Shown: positions 1 through 10,466 of the stretch, in pieces
Layout: every line of letters starts with the position of its first letter
Numbering within the stretch: the first letter of the stretch is position 1
Origin: Owenia fusiformis
Taxonomy: Eukaryota
Direction of reading: 5' to 3'
NCBI GenBank assembly: GCA_903813345.2
Contig: CAIIXF020000001.1
Span: forward strand, 35,836,001 to 35,900,000
DNA length: 64,000 bases
Position numbers and translations under genes: made by a program
The notes under the pieces: model-generated
Database searches by the model: none
Told to the model about the DNA's origin: nothing
What the model saw: the letters and a program-made list of their open reading frames with translations, nothing else

Positions 1-611
1 ATTTCCAAAATTAACAAAATTCAGAATGACCCCTCCCTTCTGATATTAATAGCATAGATATATGATAAAATACAAATGTTATGATGCAATATAATATGAA
101 AGTCTTGCAAGACCCCCCCCCCCCATCCATATTAGAACAAGCTCCCAGAGTTCCCAGATCTTCTTTATTTGAACTCATTTCAGATAATGATAATAATAGT
201 AATAGTAGTGTGGTCAGCAATAACAAAAATCCACAGGATCTTGTAGCACCTTATATGGTATTGTTTATGATGACTGATATGGGGCTTTACTTATACTACA
301 GGGCCTATCATAGTGCTCATCTCATATCATAGTGCTACATGTCTCTGTGTAAAAATCTAATGATTTAACCACTTTGCCACCAAATCTTGGATTGAAAATC
401 ATCAACTTCTCAGATGGTTAAAATGGAAAGTTAAAGTTGAGGATCATGCTTAGAGATTGAAAGCTTCTATACACACTTCTCATACACAGTAGTAGGCTTG
501 ATTCAAAGTAATTAAGGAGCAACAGTTTAAGATAAGGTGACAACCTCATTAATTTTAGCCAGAGAAGAAATCTGAAAATTTAATGTCTTTCTGGGTCTCT
601 TTCTAGGACTA

Positions 612-1239
612 TGCACACGATTATCAATTTTAGGAAACTTCACTTCCAAATAACCATTGCTACAATTCAATTAAGTAGTAAGGTACAATTAAATGCTTTA
701 AAAAGTAACAAAGCCTATTGTCAAATGGAAATAAAGTTAGGGGAAGTAATAAATATGCAAATTAATCTACCCAATCGGCCATTTTGAATGGCACTTCCTA
801 TGTAAACAAAAAATAATTTTAACATATGTGGGCTATTGTCTGAATATTTTCATTCCAAATTTCAAAAAAAATTCAGACTAGAGGATATAGTCTAGGACTA
901 TAGTACTGAGAATGTCTCAATCTTTTGCCTGTACGATTACAACATGGGAGAATTTTCTATGCTTCTTACACTTAAGGTTCCTACTTCAATAGATTCCTTG
1001 GTATTTTAGCATTCTTATATGTTAAAATTTGGGATTGAAAATTATTTGTTTACATAGGAAGTGCCATTCAAAATGGCCGACTGGGTAAATTAATTTGCAT
1101 ATTTGTTACTTCCCCTAGCTTTATTTCCATTTGACAATATGCTGTGTTACTTTTTATAGCATTTAATTGTACCTTACTACTTAATTGAATTGTCATAATG
1201 CTTATTTTTGGGGAGTGAAGATTCCTATAATTGTGTGCA
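612..1239. mobile_element. Fold-back MITE with about 200 bp imperfect TIRs
   Basis: About 612-822 is the reverse complement of about 1036-1239 (for example GGCCATTTTGAATGGCACTTCCTATGTAAACAAA and its complement). Confidence 0.75.
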
Positions 1240-1326
1240 GACAATTTCCTGTTTTTTCCCACAGGAGGGACATAATGATCAATAGACTGAATTCTCATGA
1301 AAATTCAGTTTAATGGATATAGACTA

Positions 1327-2136
1327 CTATTTTTTTCATGGCCCGAGTTCGTCGCTAACATGCTAAATATAAGAGTTAGCTGACGTTTGGGAGACTGACT
1401 TACCTTCTAAAGGTTAGAACCCGAATCTTAATGAAACCATATCACCTTTGTTGCGTCATTGATGATGCATAAACACAGCATTTGATAGAAATTAGTGTAA
1501 ATGCTTTTCCGACTTTTTCATTAATTTTGACTTCCGGGAAGGCATTGTAGTTATCACGAAATAACACATTGACCCTTGAACTTTACTTTGTTGACATGTC
1601 AACCAAGCATGTCTGGTGTGAAAATTAAAAGAATATTAAGCAATGTTCTACATCCGCCAAGCTAAGTGAAGTAGCCAATATTTAAAATTACCAATTTCAA
1701 GTGAAGTACGCAACGAACGAAACTGCGTGATCTGCACTCCCACTATTGGTCTGAACGAAATGCTAGGTAGAAATATGAGCCATCTGCTGTATTAGTCGAT
1801 TAATAGAGTAAGACCTGTTGGTGATGCTTTATAATTTAGACCAAAACATTGGAGAACAAACGAACCTGTAAATCGTGAAAACAACGAACAAATATTCGGT
1901 TTTCACATATGTTCGGTAATTTTTCGTATTGAAACTTCCGGAACTTACAAGGAAATCACGGTCCATGATTTACCTCTTGGATGTTGTGGCAAATGCTCCA
2001 TGGTTGACGGAACAAAGGTGATATGGTTTCATTAAGATTCGGGTCCTAACCTTGAGAAGGTAAGTCAGACTCCCAAACGTCACCTAACTCTTATATTTAG
2101 CATGTTAGCGACGAACTCAGGCCATGAAAAAAATAG
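1327..2136. mobile_element. MITE with about 130 bp TIRs, TA-flanked
   Basis: CTATTTTTTTCATGGCCCGAGTTCGTCGCTAACATGC... is mirrored by ...GCATGTTAGCGACGAACTCAGGCCATGAAAAAAATAG, with TA on both sides. Confidence 0.8.
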
Positions 2137-3146
2137 TAACTATAGTCCTGGCAAGGGATAATACAATATATATATACAAGGTAAACAGATTTTAAAACCA
2201 TGTGTCTAGAACCGGCTAGTGTGTACGACCATCGTATGCAAGAAAAAATATCCAAATAAGAAAGAATAACAACAAATGTGACAGCATACAGTACTGTAGT
2301 AATTTCGATCAAATTCGCGGGATATCGCGGGACCATTCGAGGGACAAACACGCTTATTGCGGGACAGTTAACAGGGTAACCACCAAAGACTTCATAGAGG
2401 GGCAAATCTTTTTAGACAAAGTGCCCTAAATTTGCAGGACTGCGGCGAAACATCCACCTAAATTTGTGGGATGTCGCAGGACATTCAAGGGATTTGCGTG
2501 ATTGGGGCTTAATGTAAAAGTACTCAAATCAAATTTTCAGATACTTATTTATCAAATATAATGCACTTAACTGAAGTAAACGTCAACACAATTCCACACA
2601 ATACGCATAGAAATATTATTAAAGGGGCAACAAGGCCTACTAGAGAAAAAATCAAATTCTTTTACTTTTTCATAGCTATCAAGGCAACATTTGGCTTAAC
2701 ATCTTCTTTGACATACCTATTTTCTCAAAATGTATAGATAAACTATCAATTTCAGCATTAAGAAGTGTAAATTCAGTTCAAAGCTTCTATAAAGGGAGTC
2801 CCACTTATGGATTTTTAAGATGCACCATTTTGAGGAATATCGGCTGAAATAATGCTCATCCAGGGGGTTTCTTCGGAAATAATAAAAGTATAGGCTATCG
2901 TCTAAGAAATAGCCAAACTTAATATATTTTGACACTGTTCCACGATCGTTGAATGGCCCCTCTGCACTCATTGTTGCACCTTTTAACTATCAAGAAACCA
3001 CACTTGAGAGTACCGTAATCCAACACGACTAATTCAAAAATTCTGAACAATACTTTTCACTTATGGCGTTCGTGACAAACTATGAAACATTTACCCCCCA
3101 TTGTGTTATATATTAAAATGTACCTTTTCATATAGGGGTCCGATGG

Positions 3147-4272
3147 GGGTCAACCCAATTGTCCGAAACCCAATTCTCCGAATCCGAGCAGTTTTCCGAA
3201 ACCCAGTTGTCCGAAACCCAGTTGTTCGAAAATAAGGGGATCTTAATCTTAAAAATACAACAACATAACATTGGAATCACGTTGACATCATTGCAAAATT
3301 AGGCTTAATATGCTAAGTCAATACGTTAATTGTTTAATGTTTAGCCTACGAAAGTTCATGGGTAACTTGAGAACTACAAAATACAACCAAATACTTTTCG
3401 AACGTACACTATATAGCAATATTTCTCATCTAACGTCTTCATAGTTTTGGGAACGTATTTTAAATGCATGATAGCGAAATATATCAAGATACTATATCTG
3501 CCTAATGTAGTTATGTAGTGTTCACAAAGTTTTGAAACATATTTTATCTAGATCCTTCAGAAATTAACTTATCCAATAAATTACTTTACTAGTTCTAGTA
3601 TCTTGCATGACTCGTTCATAAAATTCTTTAATTCTACATCGTTCCCAATACGTCCTCAGACAGACAAGTTATTGAAGTCACACCCGTTTGTTTGCGTGAC
3701 AGAATATGCCACGCAAAATACTTATACGCACTTTCTCTGATTATTGTCAAGCAAATACATTTTAGGAGAAGAAAATAATAAAAACAAATACCGGAAACGA
3801 ATACCGAAAAATAAATCCCAAGTGAATATGTTTAGAATGTTGTGTTCTTTTACGATTTGATAAGAGACAGAGACTAAGAAATTAAGTTCTATGCGTTAAC
3901 TATTTTATCAAAATGTTTCATTTTATTTTGCCTATAAAATAAGAGATTGAAGAAGTTAAGATAAACTGTTCCATTGTTTTAATAACCGTTTTTAGGATCA
4001 CAATGTAAAATAAATCCCCCGTTCCTGCCATTCTAGTAGCACCATGTAATGGGTGCAATCCTAAGTGAGAGAGAGAGAGATCTATAAACATCAGAATGCG
4101 TCCATCCATGGGCTTTCAATCAGTCTAGTTGAAAGCCCATGGTCCATCCCATTAATTTGCCCAAATACATGGCATGAAACTGGCGTAAGCTTAACTTGGT
4201 ACGCCCCCCTTTCTCTGGTAAATTATGCCTATATTTTTCGGAGTAATGGGTTTCGGACAACTGGGGTGTACC
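3147..4272. mobile_element. Non-autonomous DNA transposon with subterminal CCGAAACCCAGTTGT repeats
   Basis: Left end has tandem (CCCAGTTGTCCGAAA)n. Right end has the inverted copy AATGGGTTTCGGACAACTGGGGTGTACCC. TSD not resolved. Confidence 0.6.
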
Positions 4273-4699
4273 CTTTACCTTCTTACACTGTATATCACAA
4301 GATAATCACAATTATTTAGCCTCGGGGATTGTTACAATTTTGAAAATTCGCGGAGGTCAAAGCCGACATTGGCGGGACTTCGCGGGACATTGCGGGACAC
4401 GCGAATCAGCCAAATTTTGATCAAATTCGCGGGATAATCCCGCCATTCGCGGGACACTTGACAGCTCTGAGCATACGACAGTTATATGACTAGTCCACAT
4501 AGAACTATTTACATAATACATTAGACTGTATCCTTCGTCTGAATAAATATTCAGACTGTAAGTCACCTATTGTAAAATGTGGTGTTGTATAAATGTTACA
4601 AATAAGTTTGTTTAATGATAAAATGATTACCTTATAAAGAACTTACAATATTATTTTTTCGTATATTGTCCTCTTACTGAAGATATTCATAAAATGTAC

Positions 4700-5089
4700 A
4701 GACGGTTCTTGTAGCGAAGCCATTGATTAGGTCAAGCCATTTTGGCAATGCCAATTCTCACGATAAACGAGATTTAGCCAGTGATGTCAGTCTATTTGTA
4801 AACAAATAACACGTGGAGCGGACGGAGCAACATTACGGAAGCGTATTGATAAATTCCATTTGTGCGGGAATTTATTAGATCTAGTCATTTATTATCATTA
4901 TCCCGATTAATTGTCTTCATTTATAGTAAATAGAGCGGAAATATTCATGAAGAAGGCCGAGATAATCAAGTTGTCATGTGTTGTCAAAGTTCAAAAATTT
5001 CCATATCTCGTTTGGATCTCGTGAACTCAAACCTCCTTGACATTGATTTTGCGATATACTTATGAGCACATCCTGAAGTTTTGGTGAGT
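4700..5089 (+). promoter_or_regulatory. Putative upstream promoter and non-coding exon 1 of the p53-family gene
   Basis: CpG-richer unique segment with an E-box CACGTG (about 4810), ETS-like CGGAAG, YY1-like GCCATTTT and TCTCG-type motifs, ending in a strong TTG|GTGAGT donor at 5084. The TA exon has an acceptor 3 nt before its ATG, which implies an upstream exon. Confidence 0.45.
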
Positions 5090-5399
5090 CTGAACATTTC
5101 ATTATTTTATATCAACTTTTACCCGCCTTATACAAATATTTTTGCTTCTAGTTAAAGATGAACATCTCTCCAACATATTCACCAAGGCATACTCGTTAAA
5201 TAGCGCCCCCGAAGACCCCTTAGAAAAAATACATAAATTAGGTATAATAAAGCCCAAAATGAAATCTATTGTCTAAAATAATTATAAGTATCCATAAAAA
5301 TGCCCCTTATTATCTAAAAAAAGACTTTTCCTAATGTATTAATACATTTTAAAAAACAGGGATCTTCCTATATGGTAACATCGACTTTCTATATATAAC

Positions 5400-6435
5400 T
5401 AGTCAAATAGCGCCCCTCCGCCATAAACCCAATGAGAAAATAATATGGGAGGGGCGCTATTTGACGAGTTATATATAGGAAGACGATGTTCTCTAGATTT
5501 CGTTATTATAGACTAGGAAGAAGTGTCTTATTATAGCTCGTTAATTATCGCCCCTCCTCCATAAACTCAATGAGTATTTAACATGGAGGGGCGCTATTTG
5601 ACGAGTTATATATAGGAAGACGATGTTCCCTAAATTTCGTTATTATAGACTAGGAAGAAGGCTCTTATTATAGCTCGTTAAATAGCGCCCCTCCGCCATA
5701 AACCCAATGAGAAAATAACATCGAGGGGCGCTATTTAACGAGTTATATATAGGAAGACGATGTTCTCTAGATTTCGTTATTATAGACTAGGAAGAAGTGT
5801 CTTATTATAGCTCGTTAATTAGCGCCCCTCCTCCATAAACTCAATGAGTATTTAACATGGAGAAGCGCTATTTGACGAGTTATATATAGGACGACGATGT
5901 TCCCTAAATTTCGTTATTATAGACTAGGAAGAAGGCTCTTATTATAGCTCGTTAAATAGCGCCCCTCCGCCATAAACCCAATGAGAAAACAACATGGAGG
6001 GGCGCTATTTGACGAGTTATATATAGGAAGACGATGTTCTCTAGATTTCGTTATTATAGACTAGGAAGAAGTGTCTTATTATAGCTCGTCAAATAGCGCC
6101 CCTCCGCCATAAACCCAATGAGAAAATAATATGGGAGGGGCGCTATTTGACGAGTTATATATAGGAAGACGATGTTCTCTAGATTTCGTTATTATAGACT
6201 AGGAAGAAGTGTCTTATTATAGCTCGTCAAATAGCGCCCCTCCGCCATAAACCCAATGAGAAAATAACATTGAGGGGCGCTATTTGACGAGTTATATATA
6301 GGAAGACGATGTTCTCCAAATTTCGTTATTATAGACTAGGAAGAAGTGTCTTATTATAGCTCGTTAATTAGCGCCCCTTCGCCATAAATAATCCAATGGG
6401 GAAATAACATGGAGGGGCGCTAATTAACGAGTTAT
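5400..6435. repeat. Tandem array of about 137-bp units (8 copies), each with a hairpin of about 21-bp stem
   Basis: The CGCCCC anchor recurs at 5411, 5549, 5686, 5823, 5960, 6097, 6235 and 6372. Stem CTCGTCAAATAGCGCCCCTCC / GGAGGGGCGCTATTTGACGAG. Confidence 0.9.
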
Positions 6436-6605
6436 ATTATACAATTATTATACAAATTTTGTCGAATTTAAAACAAAAAAAATATTTTTTTTATTTATTT
6501 ATTTATTACACACACTACAATGTAAGATTACATTCTAAAAGGGATTTATTTTGGGGCCTTATATAAAAAAGGGGCAAGGTATTTTTGGGGGGAAAAATAT
6601 AAAAA

Positions 6606-6910
6606 AGGGGCGCTATTTAATAGCGCCCCTAACATTATGATATTACCATTGAGGGGCACTATTAAATAGCACCCCTCAATTAATAATATTACATTATAGG
6701 GGCATTACTTAATAGCGCCCCTCACATTATGATATTATCATTGAGGGGCATTATTTAATAGCACCCCTCAATTAATAATACTACATTATAGGGGCACTAC
6801 TTAATAGCGCCCCTCACATTATAATATAACATTATAGTGCCCCTGCTTAGTAGCGCCTCCTACTTTAATATAAAATAAAATTACATAGATACTTAATAGT
6901 GCCCCTTTAC
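6606..6910. repeat. 46-bp degenerate palindromic tandem repeat derived from the same core
   Basis: GGGGCRCTAYTTAATAGCRCCCCT-like palindromes, with the TAGC anchor at 6621, 6667, 6713, 6759 and 6805. Confidence 0.8.
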
Positions 6911-7639
6911 TTTCGTTATATAGACTAGGAAGAAGGCTATTATTAAAGCTCGTCAAATAGCGCCCCTCCGCCATAAACCCAATGAGAAATTTTTGAACAA
7001 AATACTCATCGGCAGGACATCGGTGCTAAAAATCTGTGACTACGGCATTAGCAATGGAATTATACACTAGATATATCAAGGCGAAGTTTGAGCAACTAAA
7101 ACCTTGAGAATCAAGATGCAGTATTTAGTCCGATAAATGTTTGTAAATCTTATAACTTTGTAAATTCAATTATTAGCGTTATCAAAAACGTCCTAAAATT
7201 TACCATTAGTTATCACACACGATCGTTCATTGTTGGGTTATAAATGCTTGAGAATATGACCTCTAATATCTATACGTAATAATAAAGACCGTGATTCTTC
7301 CCATGTCATTCTCCCATAATTGAAAATTTCCTTCATAAATTTAACTCAGAAGTTATAAAAGTAAATTTTATCCCTCTCAAATTCATTGATATATACATGT
7401 AAAATTAAATTATTTCGACTGAATCCCTCGTGTCCAGTGTATGAATACTTCATATAGTTTGCATAAAACATCGTGCATCTAGTCATGTACACCAATTTAT
7501 CAAACTGACCGCCAGGCCATTAATTTTATATATATGTTGAACGTCCTACAATATTTTATATTATTATCACTGATGAATAAAAATACAGATTTGAATTTTA
7601 TGAAAATGTGTGACACAAACCATGTTATTGGCCAACATT

Positions 7640-8210
7640 TTTTATTATAGACTAGGAAAAAGGCTCTTATTATAGCTCGTCAAATAGCGCCCCTCCGCCA
7701 TAAATCCAATGGGAAAATAGCATGGAGGGGCGCTATTTGACGAGTTATATATAGGAAGACGATGTTCCCTCTATTTCGTTATTATAGACTAGGAAGAAGT
7801 GTCTTATTATAGCTCGTTAATTAGCGCCCCTCCTCCATAAACTCAATGAGTATTTAACATGGAGGGGCGCTATTTGACGAGTTATATATAGGACGACGAT
7901 GTTCCCTAAATTTCGTTATTATAGACTAGGAAGAAGGCTCTTATTATAGCTCGTTAAATAGCGCCCCTCCGCCATAAACCCAATGAGAAAATAACATGGA
8001 GGGGCGCTATTTGACGAGTTATATATAGGAAGACGATGTTCTCTAGATTTCGTTATTATAGACGAGGAAGAAGTGTCTTATTATAGCTCGTCAAATAGCG
8101 CCCCTTGGCCATAAATCCAATGGGAAAATAACATGGAGGGGCGCTATTTGACGAGTTATATATAGGAAGAAGATGATCCCGACTTTTTTTTATTATAGAC
8201 TAGGAAGAAG
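7640..8210. repeat. Second array of the 137-bp hairpin unit (about 4 copies)
   Basis: Anchor recurs at 7688, 7825, 7962 and 8099, in the same orientation as the first array. Confidence 0.9.
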
Positions 8211-10466
8211 TATATTAGATAATAAGGTGCATTTTATATGAAATCATTTTAAATTTTTTTTATGCCACAATAGAAATTGTGCTGGCCTAGTTTTTGGGAT
8301 TTGGGATTACTCATAAATACTTATTTTTGATTTTTTCCAAGGGGTCTTCGGGGGCGCTATTTAACGAGTATGCCTTCACCAATTTTCAAGGTGAACATTC
8401 TTGTAATGAACGAGAAATTTATGTGCAAAAAATATCACCGCGATTTCCACAGAAAATATATCAATCATAACAGACCGAATATTATATTCGGTCTGTTGGA
8501 TACATACTACATAATACATATGATTTGTATCGTTTAGTGGAGTGTAAAACACTAAAGGCTAAGGAATCATATGTAAAAAAGGTCTCTGTTACACAATCAA
8601 TATAATCTGTAATCACTCAAAGTCAAAGAAACTCACCAAATATTTTCCATTAGGAGAAAATCGACAAATACCAGACGTTTGCTTGAAAAGTTCAGAAAAA
8701 TTCATCGTCTATACAGTGCTTCGAGACGTCTTTTGATTATTCAAAGTTGTGTTGGATTCAGTGTATCAACACAGAGGCGTATTTATCGATAAGTTTGTTC
8801 AAATTTGTTCTCATTTTAAATACCGGAAGTTTCACCATTTTGAAAACCCCGCCAGCGGAAATGAACCACTGCGCATGACAATTGACCTCTAAAAGTTTGA
8901 TTTTGCATGTTCTGCTATAATTGATCCTCCAAGCAAGCACAAAATTCAAAATAAATGATCCAGATACTCCATATGTTTCTGCAGGTAAAAATTCATGAGC
9001 ATTTGCATCATTCTTTTGACATGTGAACAAAAATCGCATGTCATGATTGACCTGCCTAATCACCGGTATAAACATTGAGTTCTTCCGAAGTAGAATATAA
9101 TGCAATGTTCTATGTGTAATTTTGATTAACTCAATCACGTTCTAAATTAGAAATTATCAAAATTTGATTTTTTTTATTTTTGTTAGCACCAAAGGAAATA
9201 TATCTATTTGTTTAAAAACTGTATATATCATTCAGTTAGCGCGGACTAACCCAGTTTTGGCATGTCTGGCGAACAGGCGATTCAGGATTCCGCGTGCGAG
9301 GAGCTCAATAACACAGCACCAACTTTATGACATTTAACCCTTAATTTTACCACTAGGCCAAAACATTATCGTCATATAATATAGTATAATATAGGAACAC
9401 ATTTATGGGGTATGTATATTATTCGGATTTCCTGTAAATACAACAGCATTCATTCGAAACCTGCATTGCAAAATTTCGGTAAAATCAAAATATTTTGATT
9501 TCATCATTTTTGACATTTCATTTGTTATTGTTATAAGAAAATGGATTGCAATCAAAGGTATTCAGCTATATGCTTATGGTCTATATGTTGCGATTTAGTA
9601 TGTAGTATAGTATGAAACATAGTGTGCATGTCCCTAAGGATGCAACAACATTAACTGCTAAGTTCCACGTCACTCGTCGTTGACGGAACGTTTCAGAAGG
9701 GGATTCCCCTTTCAGCCCTGGATATTTAAGCTTGGAAGTTTGCATGATACAAATGAGACATCACAAATGAAACATCACATGCATAGGCGTAGCCAGGAGG
9801 GGGAGGGTGGTGGATAAAATCAAGAGAAAGCAGAAGAAAAGAGCTTTAAAATGCATTTTTATTTGAAGCTTCTAGCTCAATTTTGAAAGAAGTTGCATCA
9901 ATTTTTGTAAAATTCAAAATAAATCTTACTTTTTGGCTTGTTTATCGCATCTCCCCCCCCCCTGACTGGAAACTGAAAATATCACAGGTGCATATTTCTT
10001 CAATGACTATACTTTGGATTATTGATGAGGATACTTCTCGATGTAGTAATCAGTAAATGATTGAATTGTGTAACATGACGATGACTTCATTTTTTGAGAG
10101 TTCTTTTAGAAGACATCATATCTATTTGTGTCTCTGTTGACCAATTCATTAATGCTGCCACAGAAAAGTTCAATAGCTTATTGAAGGAAGGTTTACAATT
10201 ATTCACTCCTTCAGAAATTGGTGATTATTGCATTGGATTAAAATCTTAATGCCCAGACATGAGACATCACTCATTTTTAGCTCACATGTATAATCATTTA
10301 GCAAAGATATGGCCCATATTTTGTCAGATTTAATCATTGAAATTGACATTGGGCACTATCATCTGTACTCAATTGATGGGAATAAATACACTAAATGGTA
10401 GAAATACTTTGTACCAAGTCCATGCTTGTATAATATATTTTATATCTGATTTCAACTTTTCAGACA

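Larger units (their letters stand above)
5186..8374. mobile_element. 3.19 kb non-autonomous TIR element (GG...CC ends, 8-bp TSD; Merlin-like) carrying hairpin arrays
   Basis: TIR GGCATACTCGTTAAATAGCGCCCCCGAAGACCCCTT at both ends and TSD TTCACCAA (5178-5185 and 8375-8382). No long ORF. Superfamily is inferred only from termini and TSD length. Confidence 0.85.

Noticed and set aside
81..332. 83-aa ORF at the window start
   Set aside because: Low complexity, no recognisable domain and no supportable exon partners.
5400..8210. CRISPR-like appearance of regularly spaced palindromic repeats
   Set aside because: The intervening sequences are near-identical rather than unique spacers, there are no cas genes, the context is eukaryotic, and the array lies within a TSD-flanked transposon.
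10085..10330. Protein-like frame (FLRVLLEDIISICVSVDQF...) upstream of the TA exon
   Set aside because: Short, interrupted by a stop, no clear splice sites and no family recognised. It could be a decayed fragment but cannot be supported.
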